NCBI GenBank assembly: GCA_937625935.1
Contig: OW569372.1
Coordinates: 310,001 to 374,000, forward strand
Length of the DNA: 64,000 nt
Source: Tetramitus jugosus
Lineage: Eukaryota; Protista; Heterolobosea
Direction: 5' to 3'
Shown here: piece by piece, positions 30,911 through 43,226 of the stretch
Layout of the letters: each line of letters starts with the position of its first letter
Position numbering within the stretch: position 1 is the first letter of the stretch
Made by a program: the position numbers and the translations under genes
The notes under the pieces: model-generated
Told to the model about the DNA's origin: nothing
What the model saw: the letters and a program-made list of their open reading frames with translations, nothing else
The model's database searches: none

Positions 30911-33900
30911 TTACTCTGGCCTCTTCTTCAGTATCGATCTAAAGTCAAGTTGTTGAACAGTCTCTTGAGTTGCGTTCGATGGAGCTGGTTCTTCCTTTGG
31001 TTTTGGAGGAGGTGCAGACTTCTTGGCCAGAACAGATCTAAAATCGACTTGAGCTGCACCAGACTGGTCTGTAGGCAGTGGCGAATCCTCAGCAGCAGCT
31101 GGCTTCTTCAAAGTTGGTTTGAGAGCTGGCTTGGTTGGGATGACAGGAGGTGATGCTGAGGATTCCTCTTGAGGAGAGGATGGCACCTTGATTGGTCCCA
31201 GTTCGCCCGTAGCAACTGACAATCTCTTCATTTGAGCCTCCTTCAACTGTGAACGGAAATCAACAGGTGCATTGGTAGGTGCCATCATCTTTCTTGCAAA
31301 TCGACTAGCAGGTGATTCATCTTCCACGGTAGGGCTCTCGATGCTGCTATTGTTGTTGGTTGCAGTTGTTGGCACAGCAATTGATGGTTCCTCAGTGGTT
31401 GGACTGTTGGGTACTGCTGGTGGAGGTGCCTTCCTGAGCCGAGAGACAGCAGTGGATGGACTCGGTGCTTCTTCACTCGCATTCTCAGATGATTGAATTG
31501 GTTTTGGAGGAGGTTTCACTGGTTTCTTGGGTGGAATCACAGGTGCAACTGATTCGACTGCTGCAGCAGTCGTGGCAGATGTTGGTACAGGTGATGACGA
31601 GGAGTCACCACTTGTCTCGGACTCTGCTCTCTTTCTCATCAGAATGGCCTGTAGTTGATTGCTACCAGAGTCTGTTGTTGATTGCGAAGAGGTTGTAATT
31701 GGTGGTGGAGAGGTGGAGCAAGCCGCAGCAGCTGCACTTCTCGAAGGCTTGGCCGGTGGAGGACTTGGCTTTGGTGATGGTGACTCTGATGTTGTTGATA
31801 CAGATGAGACCAGTGGCACGGAGACTGGTGATGAGGATGATGATTCCTCATTGTTGTTGGATGGAGGCTTTGATGTCTTTCTGAGTGCAGCCATACCAAC
31901 GAGTGGATTGAATGGAGCTACGCCACCCATTTGATTCTTCAATCTCTCCAATCGTTTCTGTTTCTCTTCATCAACAGCAACAGGAGCAGTAGTAGCATTG
32001 TCCACCTTGATTTCTTGCTCGGGTGCATCTTGAACGTGCTTGACATTGGTTAAGCTCTCCTCTGCTGCCTGCTTCTCCATGACGCTCAGAATTTCCATGT
32101 TGTTTCTGCGAGAGGGTGGTCTCTTTGCTGGTCCAGCACCAGGCTTTCTTGGTACACGAGGTGCCGATGATGCTTCATCAGAAGGAACACCAAGTGTACT
32201 GTTGTGTGATGGTAGAGAAGCTGGCAGAGAGAGACCATTGTTACTGGCAGAGGGGAGAGAAGATGCTGATACCATGATGGATGGTCTAGCTCTCACTGTT
32301 GTTCTCCTTCCGGACACCTTCTTGATGACTTCCAATTTTGGACGATTGGATAATTGATCCAAGTCGAGTGTAGGAGTCGTAGGTGTTCCACTACCATTAT
32401 TGTTAGTAACAATAGTAGGAACAGGAGCAGTGGTAGTCACTGGCACCACAACTGGTGGTTTTTTGAATGGCTTTGGTGGTACTTGAATCGATACAGCAGC
32501 TGCAGGTCTCATTGATTCTTCTTCTTGCGCCACAACTCCTCTCTTATTACTATTGTTACTATTGAATGCACTCTTATTATTACTATGATCAGTGTCATTG
32601 TTGTTTTTCATGTTGGGAGCAAGGAATGGTGATTTGAGGGCCTTGACGGGCTTCTCTGATGGAATCAGTGGTGTTGCACTTGAATTATTATTGTTCTTGT
32701 TGTTGTTGTTATACTTTTTTGTACTAGCAGTAGCACTAGTAGCAGTAGTACTAGTAGTAGCAGTGGCAGTAGATGCAGTAACCAAAGAAGTAGTCACAGT
32801 AGATAGGAAATGAATGACAATGTGTGACAATACAAGTGCACTGCTACTTCCACTGTTGGCACCATCACTCATCAAATCAACAAACACATTGTTAAACAAT
32901 TCATTCCTTCTATCAGTCAAATACTTTGTGAGTTGAGTCCTTGTTCTGCATTGAGTCAACAACACTTCATGTGCCTGTTCAAATCTCGATGATTGAATAT
33001 GAGAGTGAACAGAGTCAATGACTGGTACGATACAGAGAGATAGTTCATGAGCCAATGCACATGCGCCATTGTCTGATATACATTGAACATATGGTGATAC
33101 AGTATTATCGGATGTTTGTTGTTGTTGTTGCTTCTTTGTAATCATGCCATCTGGAATGGATTGAATCTCTGGTACAATAGACATGGGTGATGATAGAGAC
33201 AATGACAATCTCGCCACATTTCTATTGTTATTGTTATTATTATTGTTGTTATTATTGTCATTGGTTGATGATGATGGTGATGATGGTACAGGTGGAACAA
33301 TCTTCTTTGACAATAATTCCCTTCTCTTGACAAGAGTGGTCTCTGCTTTGAATTCATTCATTTGAACAGGTGTGATTGAATAGGGTGCGAGTGATTGAAT
33401 CCATTCCACATAGTCTGATGTTCCAGCTGTTTGAAACAAGTATTGATGCTGATTGTACTCGATTGAGAATGTGTTTGGTTCTTGAATCTCCAATGATACA
33501 TCACTAATCACCAATGAACACTCTCCACTGGTTACACTGAACAATGGTATTCTCATTTCTTCTTGTTCTTCACTCTATTGTATGTATTGTGTATTGTGTA
33601 TATTGTGTAGTTGTACATGTATGATACATGTGGTGGAATCAATCCAATGTATGCAGTCATTCATTATTATGCAGTCAATTGTGTGTGTCAGTTGCAAGAA
33701 TATCGCATAATGATTGAATATGATGTCACATGGGAATGGAGAATAAAAAAGAAGCACAAAGACCAAAAATACATGCCTGAGTCTTGAACCATGCGACATA
33801 TTGGTCCGTCAGTACCAATCTTCTCTTTTTCCAGCCTCCACCACCTCCAGTGTTGCTTCTGTTTCTACCATTGTTGTTATTTTGGTGGGCATTCTTCTTG

Positions 33901-33947
33901 CCAACAAAGCCACTGTGTATCAGTGTACCTGGAACGTTGATTGTCAT
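30911..33947 (-). CDS. PH-domain, proline-rich protein with three C-terminal DFRxxL motifs; 2 exons, probable GC-AG intron 33575-33776
   Basis: Exon 1 HSGFVGKK..WKKRRLVL..VAWFKTQ joins in frame to SEEQEEMRIPL..FSI..YLF....EWIQSL (complete PH domain); many PxxPxK motifs. Confidence 0.8.
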
Positions 33948-34633
33948 GATGTTGTTGATGAATGATGATAAAAATGCAGTTTGTTTTTGTAGTTGTGGCA
34001 ACTGACTAATAATGACTGTTGTTGTTTGCTTTTTGTGTATCTGAGGCTAAATCAGGGAGGGGGAAATAGAATATCGCAAGGTTGTTTGTCTAATCGGTGT
34101 CACAACTTGCAAGGGTTGATTTTGTTGTTTGTTGGTATTGGTTGCTATTGTTGCCCTGTTGTTGTTGATTGAAAGGTTGATGACTTTGATGTGGATGTTG
34201 TTTGTAAGAGTCGCCAGTGCCCCAAGTTGTTCTTGTCTGTCTCTTTCGAGCGAACTTATCCGCCGAGAAGCACATGAACGAATGTCTACAGTCAAGCGTT
34301 CCCGCCTTCTCATCGGCACAAAATATTTGACAGAAAACATGTGACATTCGATACAACACTCCGACAAGGACGTGTGCGGAAAGTTCTGCGTGGTTGAACA
34401 TAGCCTTCTATGTTTTACTGGAACGTTGAAGACATCTAACGGGGTAATGCACATCACGAGGCAGTACCACCATCGGACCAATTCACACCAGACCAGAGAT
34501 CATTGGCCAACTGTCGAGTTCCTTTGAGATGTGCCAAAAGAGAGGGCTCGTGAAGGCGTGAGATATCAATATCAAACAAAACACATTCTGCTGCACATTC
34601 GCACACCAACATTAGTTATAACACTACATCACA

Positions 34634-35137
34634 ATGGATCAACAAGAATCATCACAAAAATCACCTACAGTCATTTCGCCACCCACCTCACCCACCAACG
34701 CTGACAACAATGAGACCTCGAGCAATCCACGGCACAGTCGAAGAGGTACAGTGTTTGGCTTGGGTAAGATTGTCAGAGGTCTCAACAAGAGCAGCAGCAG
34801 TAGTAATAGTAAGTCCAACACGAGCCATAGTCCTCAAAATAAATCTGCCACCTCCAGCAACAGCAATAGTGGAGACTCTTCCACTACAACGAATACACTC
34901 AACAACAACAACAATAATCGTACATCGATACCAATCACAACAAGAACAAATAGAAATTCACGAGGCAACTCTCTCACATCTTCCTCATCCGATGGAGCTT
35001 CGGCCAATACAAAGAGATCATGCAGAGAAACATCGTTTCATTCACGAATGCAACAGAGAAAGGCATCTGTTAGAATTGTGAATGCAGAAGCACTCCAAGA
35101 ACACATTGCTCACCAATTACTCTCATCAGACAATTAG
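34634..35137 (+). CDS. Ser/Asn/Thr-rich hypothetical protein
   Basis: ACAATG start after a CA-rich leader like other genes; low complexity, no recognisable domain. Confidence 0.55.
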   Translation: MDQQESSQKSPTVISPPTSPTNADNNETSSNPRHSRRGTVFGLGKIVRGLNKSSSSSNSKSNTSHSPQNKSATSSNSNSGDSSTTTNTLNNNNNNRTSIPITTRTNRNSRGNSLTSSSSDGASANTKRSCRETSFHSRMQQRKASVRIVNAEALQEHIAHQLLSSDN

Positions 35138-35417
35138 CCATGTAAAGTCTGAGAGTGTGTTGTCCTATTCATATTCAAATCCACACATGACATGCAATAC
35201 ATACGATTATTCTCCTCTCTGTTGGTTTTTATCAACAACAACAACAACAACAACATACAATAAAAACATTGTACAGTCCTCTATTTTTTAATTTTGGAAA
35301 AGGTTGTTGATGTGATACATTTGTTCGCAATCTTTCATGTTTATCCTTTTTGGTGAGAAACAATAAAAAAATACAACACTGCAACAAGCTCGCTCACAAC
35401 ACTTCATGATTGAATCT

Positions 35418-37880
35418 TCAATTGTTGTCCTCCAGTGCAGAGTGATCAACAAACAATTGAGGGAATGAAGAGAGCCATTGTGCAATCAATGGATTGCCTT
35501 GTTGCTGCTGTTGCTGTTGTTGATTCTTTTGATGATAGAATTGTTGATACGTGTCACGCACCCATGCATGTTCATTCAACAATTGAGTGGCACTTGGTCT
35601 CTTGCTCGCATCAATAGTCGTACACTGATTGACAAAATCAATGAACGCATCAGAATAGTGATACAAGTCTCTATTCTTGAGTGGCAATTGTTTCAAGTTG
35701 CTAATCTCATCCAGAATGTCAAAGTATTGAGTGGATTGGAAGGGGAATACACCAGTGCCCAACTCGGCCAATGTAACACCCAATGACCACACATCACTGT
35801 TGAATGAGTGCTGTTCTTCTCTGATTCTCTCTGGACTCATGTACATGACTGTTCCCTGACATGTGCCAAACACGTACGGATTATGAACACCATAGTGTTG
35901 TCCATTGAATGATACGGTTGATGACGATGATTGGCTATTATTGTTGTTATTCTGCTTTTGCTTCTGCTTCTTATTATTACGGAGTGCAGAGTAGATACCA
36001 GTGAGACCAAAGTCACTGAATTTGACTAGACCGTCTCTACGGATGAGAATGTTGGCTGGTTTGATATCTCTGTGAACAATCTTGGTCGTGTGCAAGTATT
36101 CGAGTCCAATGAGCATCTGAACGGCCATGTGCTTCAAAATATTCTCTGGTACGTGCTTGGTCACTTTGAGAACATGCTCCAATGAATTGCCGTCCATGTA
36201 CTCCAACAGAATATGAATTTGATCATTCTTGAAGAAGGCTTGATGAAGTCTGATAATGTATGGACAGTGACGACACTTGTACAGTCCCTTGATCTCACTG
36301 TAAATCATTTTGGGTTGACCCGTGTTGGATATGGTGGTCAATGTCTTTTTGGCATACAATTGTTGATCTTTTTTGCTTCGGACAAGTGTGACGGTACTGG
36401 ATGCACCATGTCCCAAACTTCTCACTTCTTCATAATCACTCAATGATGCTCTACTACTGTTGTTGTTGTTATTACTATTGTTATGATTATGATTATCGTC
36501 AATATCTCTCATTGTATTACTATTATGATTGGGAGTAAGAGTAGAGGGGGTGAGAAGAGCAGCAGCAGCAGTAGTAGAAGTGGAAGTAGTAGTAGAAGAG
36601 GGATGATTGTAAGGTGAGAATCGAAGTGTGCGCTTTTGACTTCGTTGTGGATGATGTGATGAGAGCATTGATGATTGTTGAGAGGACTGTTGTTGAGAGA
36701 GTTGTTGTTGTTTTCTCTTGAGAGGAGTCATCATACTTGTTGATTTTTGATATCGCTTGGGTTGTGGACTGTCCATGGTTGACATCCATCGACTACTACT
36801 GTTATGACTACTCATCATACTACTATTGTCATCTCCATCATATGTATCATTTGTATCATTGGTATCAATAGTGTCATCCACAACAACATCATCATCATCG
36901 TCATTGACATCATCAATCACCATGGAATTGATAGAAGAACGAGACGACAAAAGAGTGGTGGATGTTGATGCGGTAGTGGGTGATGATGGTGGTAGTGATT
37001 GACTCATTGTCATGGGTATGGCAGAGATACCTGCTTCACCAATCTTTAATCCATCTACATCGAATTGTCCAGATGATGTAATGCCATAGTCTGCCTGTGA
37101 AAAGGCAAGACCTTGTGAATCTGCATTATTATCACCACCACCAAATGCATCATCACCCAATAATCCACCATAGAGATTGGCTCTCATATTATTATTGTTG
37201 TTGGTGCGTAGTAGTTTCATATTGGGTTTTTGTTGTGTCTTTTTTGTTCCCATTGTATTTGCTGTTGTATTCGTTGCTGTACTATTAGTGTTAGGGGCAG
37301 CATTGAATCCCAAGACAAGATTAGTTGGTTTAAACTTGTTGGCACGCTTGTTGGCCAACAATTGTTTTCTCTTGTTTAATTTGGGTGATGTTGCATTGGA
37401 TGGGAAAGTGGGTGCTGTTGCTTTCGTTGTTGTTGCTATATCGTTTAATATACTATTTACCATTGTATGATTGGATGTTGTGGATGAAGGTGCTGTAGTA
37501 GTAGTAGTTGCATCATTCTTGAAAAAGTCTTCTCCAAAAAAGGGAGAACTCTCACTGGTGCATGCACTATTACTACTACTACTCATGGGTGTATTGCTGC
37601 GACTGGACATGAGTTCATCATCACTATTGTTATAAGTATTGTTGTCGAAGAATAGATTGTTGGTGGTGGTAGGATTGGTATTGTTAGTGAATTGATTTTG
37701 AGTATTGTTGTTATTATTATTGTTGCGCAAGAGTTGAGTGGCTGATGGTTGATCAAATGATGCAAACAAGTCATTCTCGAATGCGTCATCAAAGAATGTG
37801 TTGCTACTGTTGATGGCAGTGTTGTTGTTGTTCTTTTTGATGTTGGATTTTCTCCTCCATGTGGGTTGTTGTTGAGACAT
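35418..37880 (-). CDS. MAP kinase kinase (STE7/MEK family) with long low-complexity N-terminus
   Basis: LGHGASSTV, YAKK, LEYMDG, HRDIKPANIL, DFG, GTVMYMSPERI, SDVWSLG. Confidence 0.92.
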   Translation of the reverse strand: MSQQQPTWRRKSNIKKNNNNTAINSSNTFFDDAFENDLFASFDQPSATQLLRNNNNNNNTQNQFTNNTNPTTTNNLFFDNNTYNNSDDELMSSRSNTPMSSSSNSACTSESSPFFGEDFFKNDATTTTTAPSSTTSNHTMVNSILNDIATTTKATAPTFPSNATSPKLNKRKQLLANKRANKFKPTNLVLGFNAAPNTNSTATNTTANTMGTKKTQQKPNMKLLRTNNNNNMRANLYGGLLGDDAFGGGDNNADSQGLAFSQADYGITSSGQFDVDGLKIGEAGISAIPMTMSQSLPPSSPTTASTSTTLLSSRSSINSMVIDDVNDDDDDVVVDDTIDTNDTNDTYDGDDNSSMMSSHNSSSRWMSTMDSPQPKRYQKSTSMMTPLKRKQQQLSQQQSSQQSSMLSSHHPQRSQKRTLRFSPYNHPSSTTTSTSTTAAAALLTPSTLTPNHNSNTMRDIDDNHNHNNSNNNNNSSRASLSDYEEVRSLGHGASSTVTLVRSKKDQQLYAKKTLTTISNTGQPKMIYSEIKGLYKCRHCPYIIRLHQAFFKNDQIHILLEYMDGNSLEHVLKVTKHVPENILKHMAVQMLIGLEYLHTTKIVHRDIKPANILIRRDGLVKFSDFGLTGIYSALRNNKKQKQKQNNNNNSQSSSSTVSFNGQHYGVHNPYVFGTCQGTVMYMSPERIREEQHSFNSDVWSLGVTLAELGTGVFPFQSTQYFDILDEISNLKQLPLKNRDLYHYSDAFIDFVNQCTTIDASKRPSATQLLNEHAWVRDTYQQFYHQKNQQQQQQQQGNPLIAQWLSSFPQLFVDHSALEDNN

Positions 37881-38115
37881 GTGTGTGAGGAGGGAGAGAT
37901 TGTGATTGTGTTGTTGTTGTTATGATTTTTTTCAATGATAGTGGTTGTAATTTTTCTTAGTAGGCGTCATTTGGTGGTGCATTCGATCCAGAGCGTCTTG
38001 CCCGAAAAACTTCTCGTCATTCCTCGAACCGTCGGAGAAAAAATACTTCTTGTCAGATCTACAGTGGCGTGCACCCTCTACTTGCGAATTTAATTTTTTC
38101 CAATTTGATTTATGA

Positions 38116-39477
38116 ATGAGACCAGTGACAGCGAATGCAACCATAACAGTTCCTAAAAGACAGAGACCATATCACCCAGATAGCGAATTGTTGAGTTCAA
38201 GTGGATTCAACGGAACGATATCGGCTATCAACAAACCTGGTAATCCTTCATCTATCACTTCTTCCCTGAGTGAAGTTGTGATCCCAATGAACATTTCTAC
38301 AAGCCACTCTTCACAGGACCAACAAGAACAAAACAATCCAACTCCTCACTTGCATCCATCTCTCTCTGGCAAGTACGCATTCAATCGAAAATTCATGGGA
38401 AAACATTATGCTGGTAAGAACAGAGGAGAAAACAACGATAAGAACATCATTGACCACAATGGTAGCGATGAGGAGACGATGAACGGTTTTGTGCGAAGTT
38501 CTTCAGCCAACAGCTTTCTGAAGAAAGGGTACATGATGAATACAATTACATCGCGACAAAGAAAGAAGGAAAGAACTATTGACAAAATTTCATCAATTGA
38601 CTCTATGAACGACTTGTCAGTTGATTCTTCCAATTCGAGAGAAGATCGCTTATCAAGTCCTTTCTCTCAAAATTTTGCATCCAACCTACTCGATCAGGGT
38701 GCACTGAAGAAGCCCAAGAGTAAGAGTAATGACACTAACTCTATGCGTACAAGTGGAATTCCTATCATCCGTTCGGTTGATTCAGTGAGTTACAGGGAAC
38801 AAGATCAAATAGAATTGGGTGGGGCGTTCATGGATCCCCACTCCCAACAAATTACTCATGAACAAAAGAAGGAGCTTGAAGAAGTAGTGGATGCCAATAC
38901 AGAGATGATTGATCAACTCTTTTCTCTATCGAAACAGAAAGGCAATGACAATTCGTTCAGCAACTCCTCATCCGTACTATCATCCTCTTCTCTATCGTCA
39001 ATGAATGAGAGGCAGAAGCATCGTATGAAGACCTTGTTCACCATATCTACCCAACAACAACAATTACAGCAATCGGAAAGTTCTCACTATCAGAGACACC
39101 TACAAAGAAACTCATCTCTTATTCATCATCGAAAACAGGTTGAGGATACATATGATTACAAACCATTTCAACGTGATAGAACCAAGTTTCAAAGAATCAC
39201 CGACTTACCAACTCTTCAAGTACGGTTAGTGGTCGACAGAGTACAAGGGTTGTACAATTTTCATCAACAAGTGAAACATCGAGAGAGAATGTTGGCTTAT
39301 CCCTGTGTTTCTCCAGAGGAGAAGGACAACGTGGTGGAAGCAGCAAGGCACCTGAATGAGCCCTTCCTAAATTTCCTCTATGACAATTTGAACATCTCAT
39401 CATTCGAAGAGGAAGAAGACGATGAAATCGAAGAACACAAGGAGGTACTGACAGAACAAAACCAACTCGGATCATAA
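38116..39477 (+). CDS. Hypothetical protein (Ser-rich, acidic C-terminus)
   Basis: 453-aa ORF with coding-like composition; no recognised domain. Confidence 0.65.
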   Translation: MRPVTANATITVPKRQRPYHPDSELLSSSGFNGTISAINKPGNPSSITSSLSEVVIPMNISTSHSSQDQQEQNNPTPHLHPSLSGKYAFNRKFMGKHYAGKNRGENNDKNIIDHNGSDEETMNGFVRSSSANSFLKKGYMMNTITSRQRKKERTIDKISSIDSMNDLSVDSSNSREDRLSSPFSQNFASNLLDQGALKKPKSKSNDTNSMRTSGIPIIRSVDSVSYREQDQIELGGAFMDPHSQQITHEQKKELEEVVDANTEMIDQLFSLSKQKGNDNSFSNSSSVLSSSSLSSMNERQKHRMKTLFTISTQQQQLQQSESSHYQRHLQRNSSLIHHRKQVEDTYDYKPFQRDRTKFQRITDLPTLQVRLVVDRVQGLYNFHQQVKHRERMLAYPCVSPEEKDNVVEAARHLNEPFLNFLYDNLNISSFEEEEDDEIEEHKEVLTEQNQLGS

Positions 39478-39575
39478 CTCACATTGTTTTCCCGTTGTAT
39501 TGAAAGCAGTTCTTGCATTTCCTTGAACAAATGTCGGAGTTAAAAAAAAGAAAAAAACGCAATCAACACACAAAA

Positions 39576-39812
39576 ATGCTATTCAAAGTTTCGCAAGTAT
39601 TGCTGATGCCTGCTCGTTTCAACAAGCATCAAGTGAGAGCTGTTAGACAAAGACGTGAAAAATTGTCAGCTCTTCAAGAATTGAAGAAAGACAACCAAAA
39701 GCGATTGTTCCCTCAACCCGAAGCCTCATGGTTCCACAAGCGATCCTACAAGGAAATTTCAACCGCACAAAAAGTGAAAGAGTACTACCAAAAGAATGGA
39801 CTTCCAAAGTAA
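39576..39812 (+). CDS. Small basic protein, possibly mitoribosomal (mL60-like)
   Basis: AAAATG start; presequence-like MLFKVSQVLL; PARFNKHQ..VRQR weakly recalls mL60 PWRMS.HQK.RQR. Confidence 0.5.
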   Translation: MLFKVSQVLLMPARFNKHQVRAVRQRREKLSALQELKKDNQKRLFPQPEASWFHKRSYKEISTAQKVKEYYQKNGLPK

Positions 39813-40399
39813 TAAACCAATCTTTCTCAGTTCGCGAGGTTTGATGTTTTTTATATTGCACTTTCGTTAGCTGCGGTACCCGGCAAGAGCAAAGGAAGGT
39901 TGCCAATCGCTTTGTTTCTATGCCACTGAAAATATGAGGTAATGGATTCGGTCCACACAATCCACAGCCAAACCAAAATTTAGTCATCCTTCTCGAGTCT
40001 TGCAACTACATTATTTTATTGTTTACATATTAACAACTAATTAAATAAACAACCTTAATAAGCTATTAAATTAAGATATAAAAACTTAAAATATATGATT
40101 TACATTTTTCTTCGAGTCCCAACTGCAATCTTAAATGTGGGACAGCGTACTGCGTTAATTCTACAATGTGAGGTGATGGTACTTAATGTTTCGAACAATC
40201 GCTGATTACAAGCGATCTCAAACTCCCAGAATTGATTGTCTCGGGCTCATTTTTTAGTATCTCTCTGCTCAGTCTTCGCCTTTGTTAATTATTGTGGCCA
40301 TACTCCTTTGTTTCTGTGATGTGAACAGTTGGCGACAATTCTTTAAACGCATGTCCTGTTGATATCTCCCATGCAGGTCCTGATACGGATATGGACAGT

Positions 40400-41960
40400 G
40401 TGATGGATTGAAGGGACTTCAGCTTAATTGATGTTAGTTCAGAGATTCAATACAACAAAGGAAAATAGTCTACTTGAATTTCCACACAAATTTGGAGATG
40501 CTCTCCAAGAATGCAAGAGTACAAAGAATTAGGAATTGATCCAAAGAAAACCAAAACTTGTACGATATGCACCAGAATCAATTCAAGAAGATAAGGATAT
40601 TTGGTTGCTAGCCATCCAAGGTGATGTTGCACTCATCCAAGACGTACCGACAAGTGTGCGGAACAAAGATACTTTACTTGCTGCAAAACAATACACTGGA
40701 GACACAATAAGTAATGTAACAATTGTTGTTCACAAAGTCTATCGGAACGGAGATAGAGAAAAGCCATTCATTAATTTGAATCGAGAGCTCGCTCTGGCAA
40801 CCATCTGGTGGATTCATTCGACTACGATGAGGAACTTGTATTGGAGATTCTTCAACTGTCTTCGGTTCATATCAGACTCATTGAAGAACTACATCAATTT
40901 TGTCACAGCCATCATACAGCATGCTCCCACCAAAGTGGTCTCATGAGATTGAGAGGCAGTGAAACCATTTGTTCGATGTTATTTCCATGGATTTGGCTGA
41001 GGATTCCAAATTTATTGTTCCAGCTCTCAAAGATAGAGACTATTTTCTTCCAACGGTGCTCCAGCTGATCACGAAGGGTGACATTGTGAACATTCAAACA
41101 TATGAACAGTTTTTCAACCTTGAAAACTTTCATCTTTTCCCAACCACTGTTCGAAGCAATCGACAGTTTGTTGAGCGTGCTGTGTCACTCATGGAGAATG
41201 ATCAGAATGTCCGTTACTGCTCTTTTACTCTTGCCAATCACTTGGACTCACAATTCACGGTTGCAAAGAGCTGATGCACAAGTGCATCCAGAGTGTTGTC
41301 CACAATATTAAGTACATATCTGATCGATTGAAAGATAAAAAACAGTTCATTATGCAACTGCTTCATTATGAACATGCGTCAAGTTGATGAAGATGTTCTT
41401 ATTGATTGCTTCCAAGAAAAAGCAATGCGCAGAGGATTGCCGGTCAAATGAGCAAAGAATGTGCCATGAAATTTGTTGAAAAAGGTGGCTCATTCAAACC
41501 AATTGCACACATGTTCAAATCAGACAGAGATGTCAATGTTGCTGCCGTGAAGCAGAATGGAGATGCATTGGAGTTTGCCGATTTGTTGTTCAAGAACAAT
41601 GAAGCAATGGTTCGAATGGCCATTGAGTCTAATCCACTCAGTTTCAAACAAGTCGCTCTTTCATTCAGAGGAAACAAAGAGCTGGTTAAACTGGCAATTT
41701 CAAAGGATGGTAGAGCTGCATAACATATGTTGGCTCCTCTTCCATCAAAAAAGTCATTTATGCTTGAGTTGATACGTTCTTGTCAATCTAATTCAAGATG
41801 TCTACTTGCTGAAACAGCCTTCAGATCAGTTTTGGATGTATCATTGAAGACTGACAAACAAGTGGCACTGGGCTGGCAGTCAAAAGTGCCGGATATGCAA
41901 ACAGATATGTGCTCTCCACTGAACAGAGACATGATCCTGAAATTAGAAAATTTATGAAAC
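40400..41960 (+). pseudogene. Decayed DUF4116-repeat gene
   Basis: Fragments in different frames: YAPESIQEDKDIWLLAI, DEELVLEIL, DRDVNVAAVKQNGDALEFADLLFKNNEAMVRMAI, NKELVKLAISKDGRA; interrupted by stops and frameshifts. Confidence 0.75.
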
Positions 41961-42422
41961 AACAAAACGATGGGAGTAGAAGGTTTCACAGGTATCTTAC
42001 TGTCTTCACTGCCCCAAAAATTTCCCTATCTCTACCCTTCACTCTCACTCAAAAACCTCAAACAACGTCCATCATCGTCATCGCATTCCAAGCACATTGA
42101 ACTCTCAATTCAATCACATTTTTTTCGATGTCATCGAACAATTTTCTGTACAAACCAGTCACAACGAAGAACATTGTGTTGGACCCAAATTGTTTTTTGT
42201 AGCGCTCCATCGTCGGATTGAAAGTTTTGCTGTGACGTAAGATAAACAACTTATATCAATTAATATGACTTGTCATTAGTGACCATTTTCAATTCCAAGT
42301 GGAAAGGTTTGAAGTGGAGCAGAACTCGTCTAGACGGTTTCCCAGAGACACTCCCGTTCCTCAACAGGTGATATGTTGCATGGAGCCTTGTATTGTCTCG
42401 AACAATTTGCCATGAATTTTAT

Positions 42423-43019
42423 TCAGTAATTGTACACTCCAAACACGGTTACAATACAATAAAAGGAATTCTGAAAAGAATGTGAGTTAGTTCACCAAGA
42501 TGCTGGCCGGTCATCAACCAAACCAAACTTACATTCATAAAGATATCACTTGCATAACTATCACAATCATCGTCCCAGAAACACCGACATCCCATCTTTA
42601 CTCCTGCTCCCTTTTGTTCTCCAAATAAAACATTCACAATAAACTTGTATCGATCATACTTGAGCTCTGTACATCGGTCTCTCACTAGATTACTAATGTC
42701 CTTGGTCCATGCCGCCACTTGCTCCATTTGATAATCATTACTCACTTTGAACTTTTCGTTCAACACTTGACGAATCATTTCTTTGACTTCAGATGACTTG
42801 AATCTGATCATGATAATAATGAAGGAGCAAACGATCAGATGGTGTCAACTTTGTTTCGCGACTCACAGATATTCATGCATATTGTGGCAGTAGAGAATAG
42901 GATATGGAGTGAAACAAAAGTACGTACTTGTTCTTGAAACTGGGTCTCAATTGAAACACGTCTTCAGACTCCCCATTGATCTGGTTGTTGCTACTCCGAC
43001 TACGGTTCATAGAATTCAT
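42423..43019 (-). CDS. Tctex-1 family dynein light chain (TCTEX1D2/DYNLT2B-like), 3 exons; introns 42804-42927 and 42471-42532
   Basis: FQLRPSFKNK|FKSSEVKEMI..YDRYKFIVNVLFGEQKGAGVKMGCRCFWDDDCD..IFMN|NSFYCIVTVFGVYNY*; GTACGT and GTAAGT donors. Confidence 0.9.
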
Positions 43020-43226
43020 TCCAAAAAGCTCGTTCAGTGGATATGATATTGTCGATTGAAGACCTTTCTCAATGATGTCGATTGCATTCTAACCTTGAAG
43101 AACTCGCAGCCGTAGATGCAGCAGCATCCAATCCTCCGACACGACGACTGGCCAAAAAAAAACCAACACCGATACAAAAAACAGAACAACACGACTCTCC
43201 ATATGCATCATCACCAATAATCATCA

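Noticed and set aside
34047-34481. Overlapping 100-144 aa ORFs in a divergent promoter region
   Set aside because: Non-coding-like composition; lies in the promoter/5'UTR of the flanking genes
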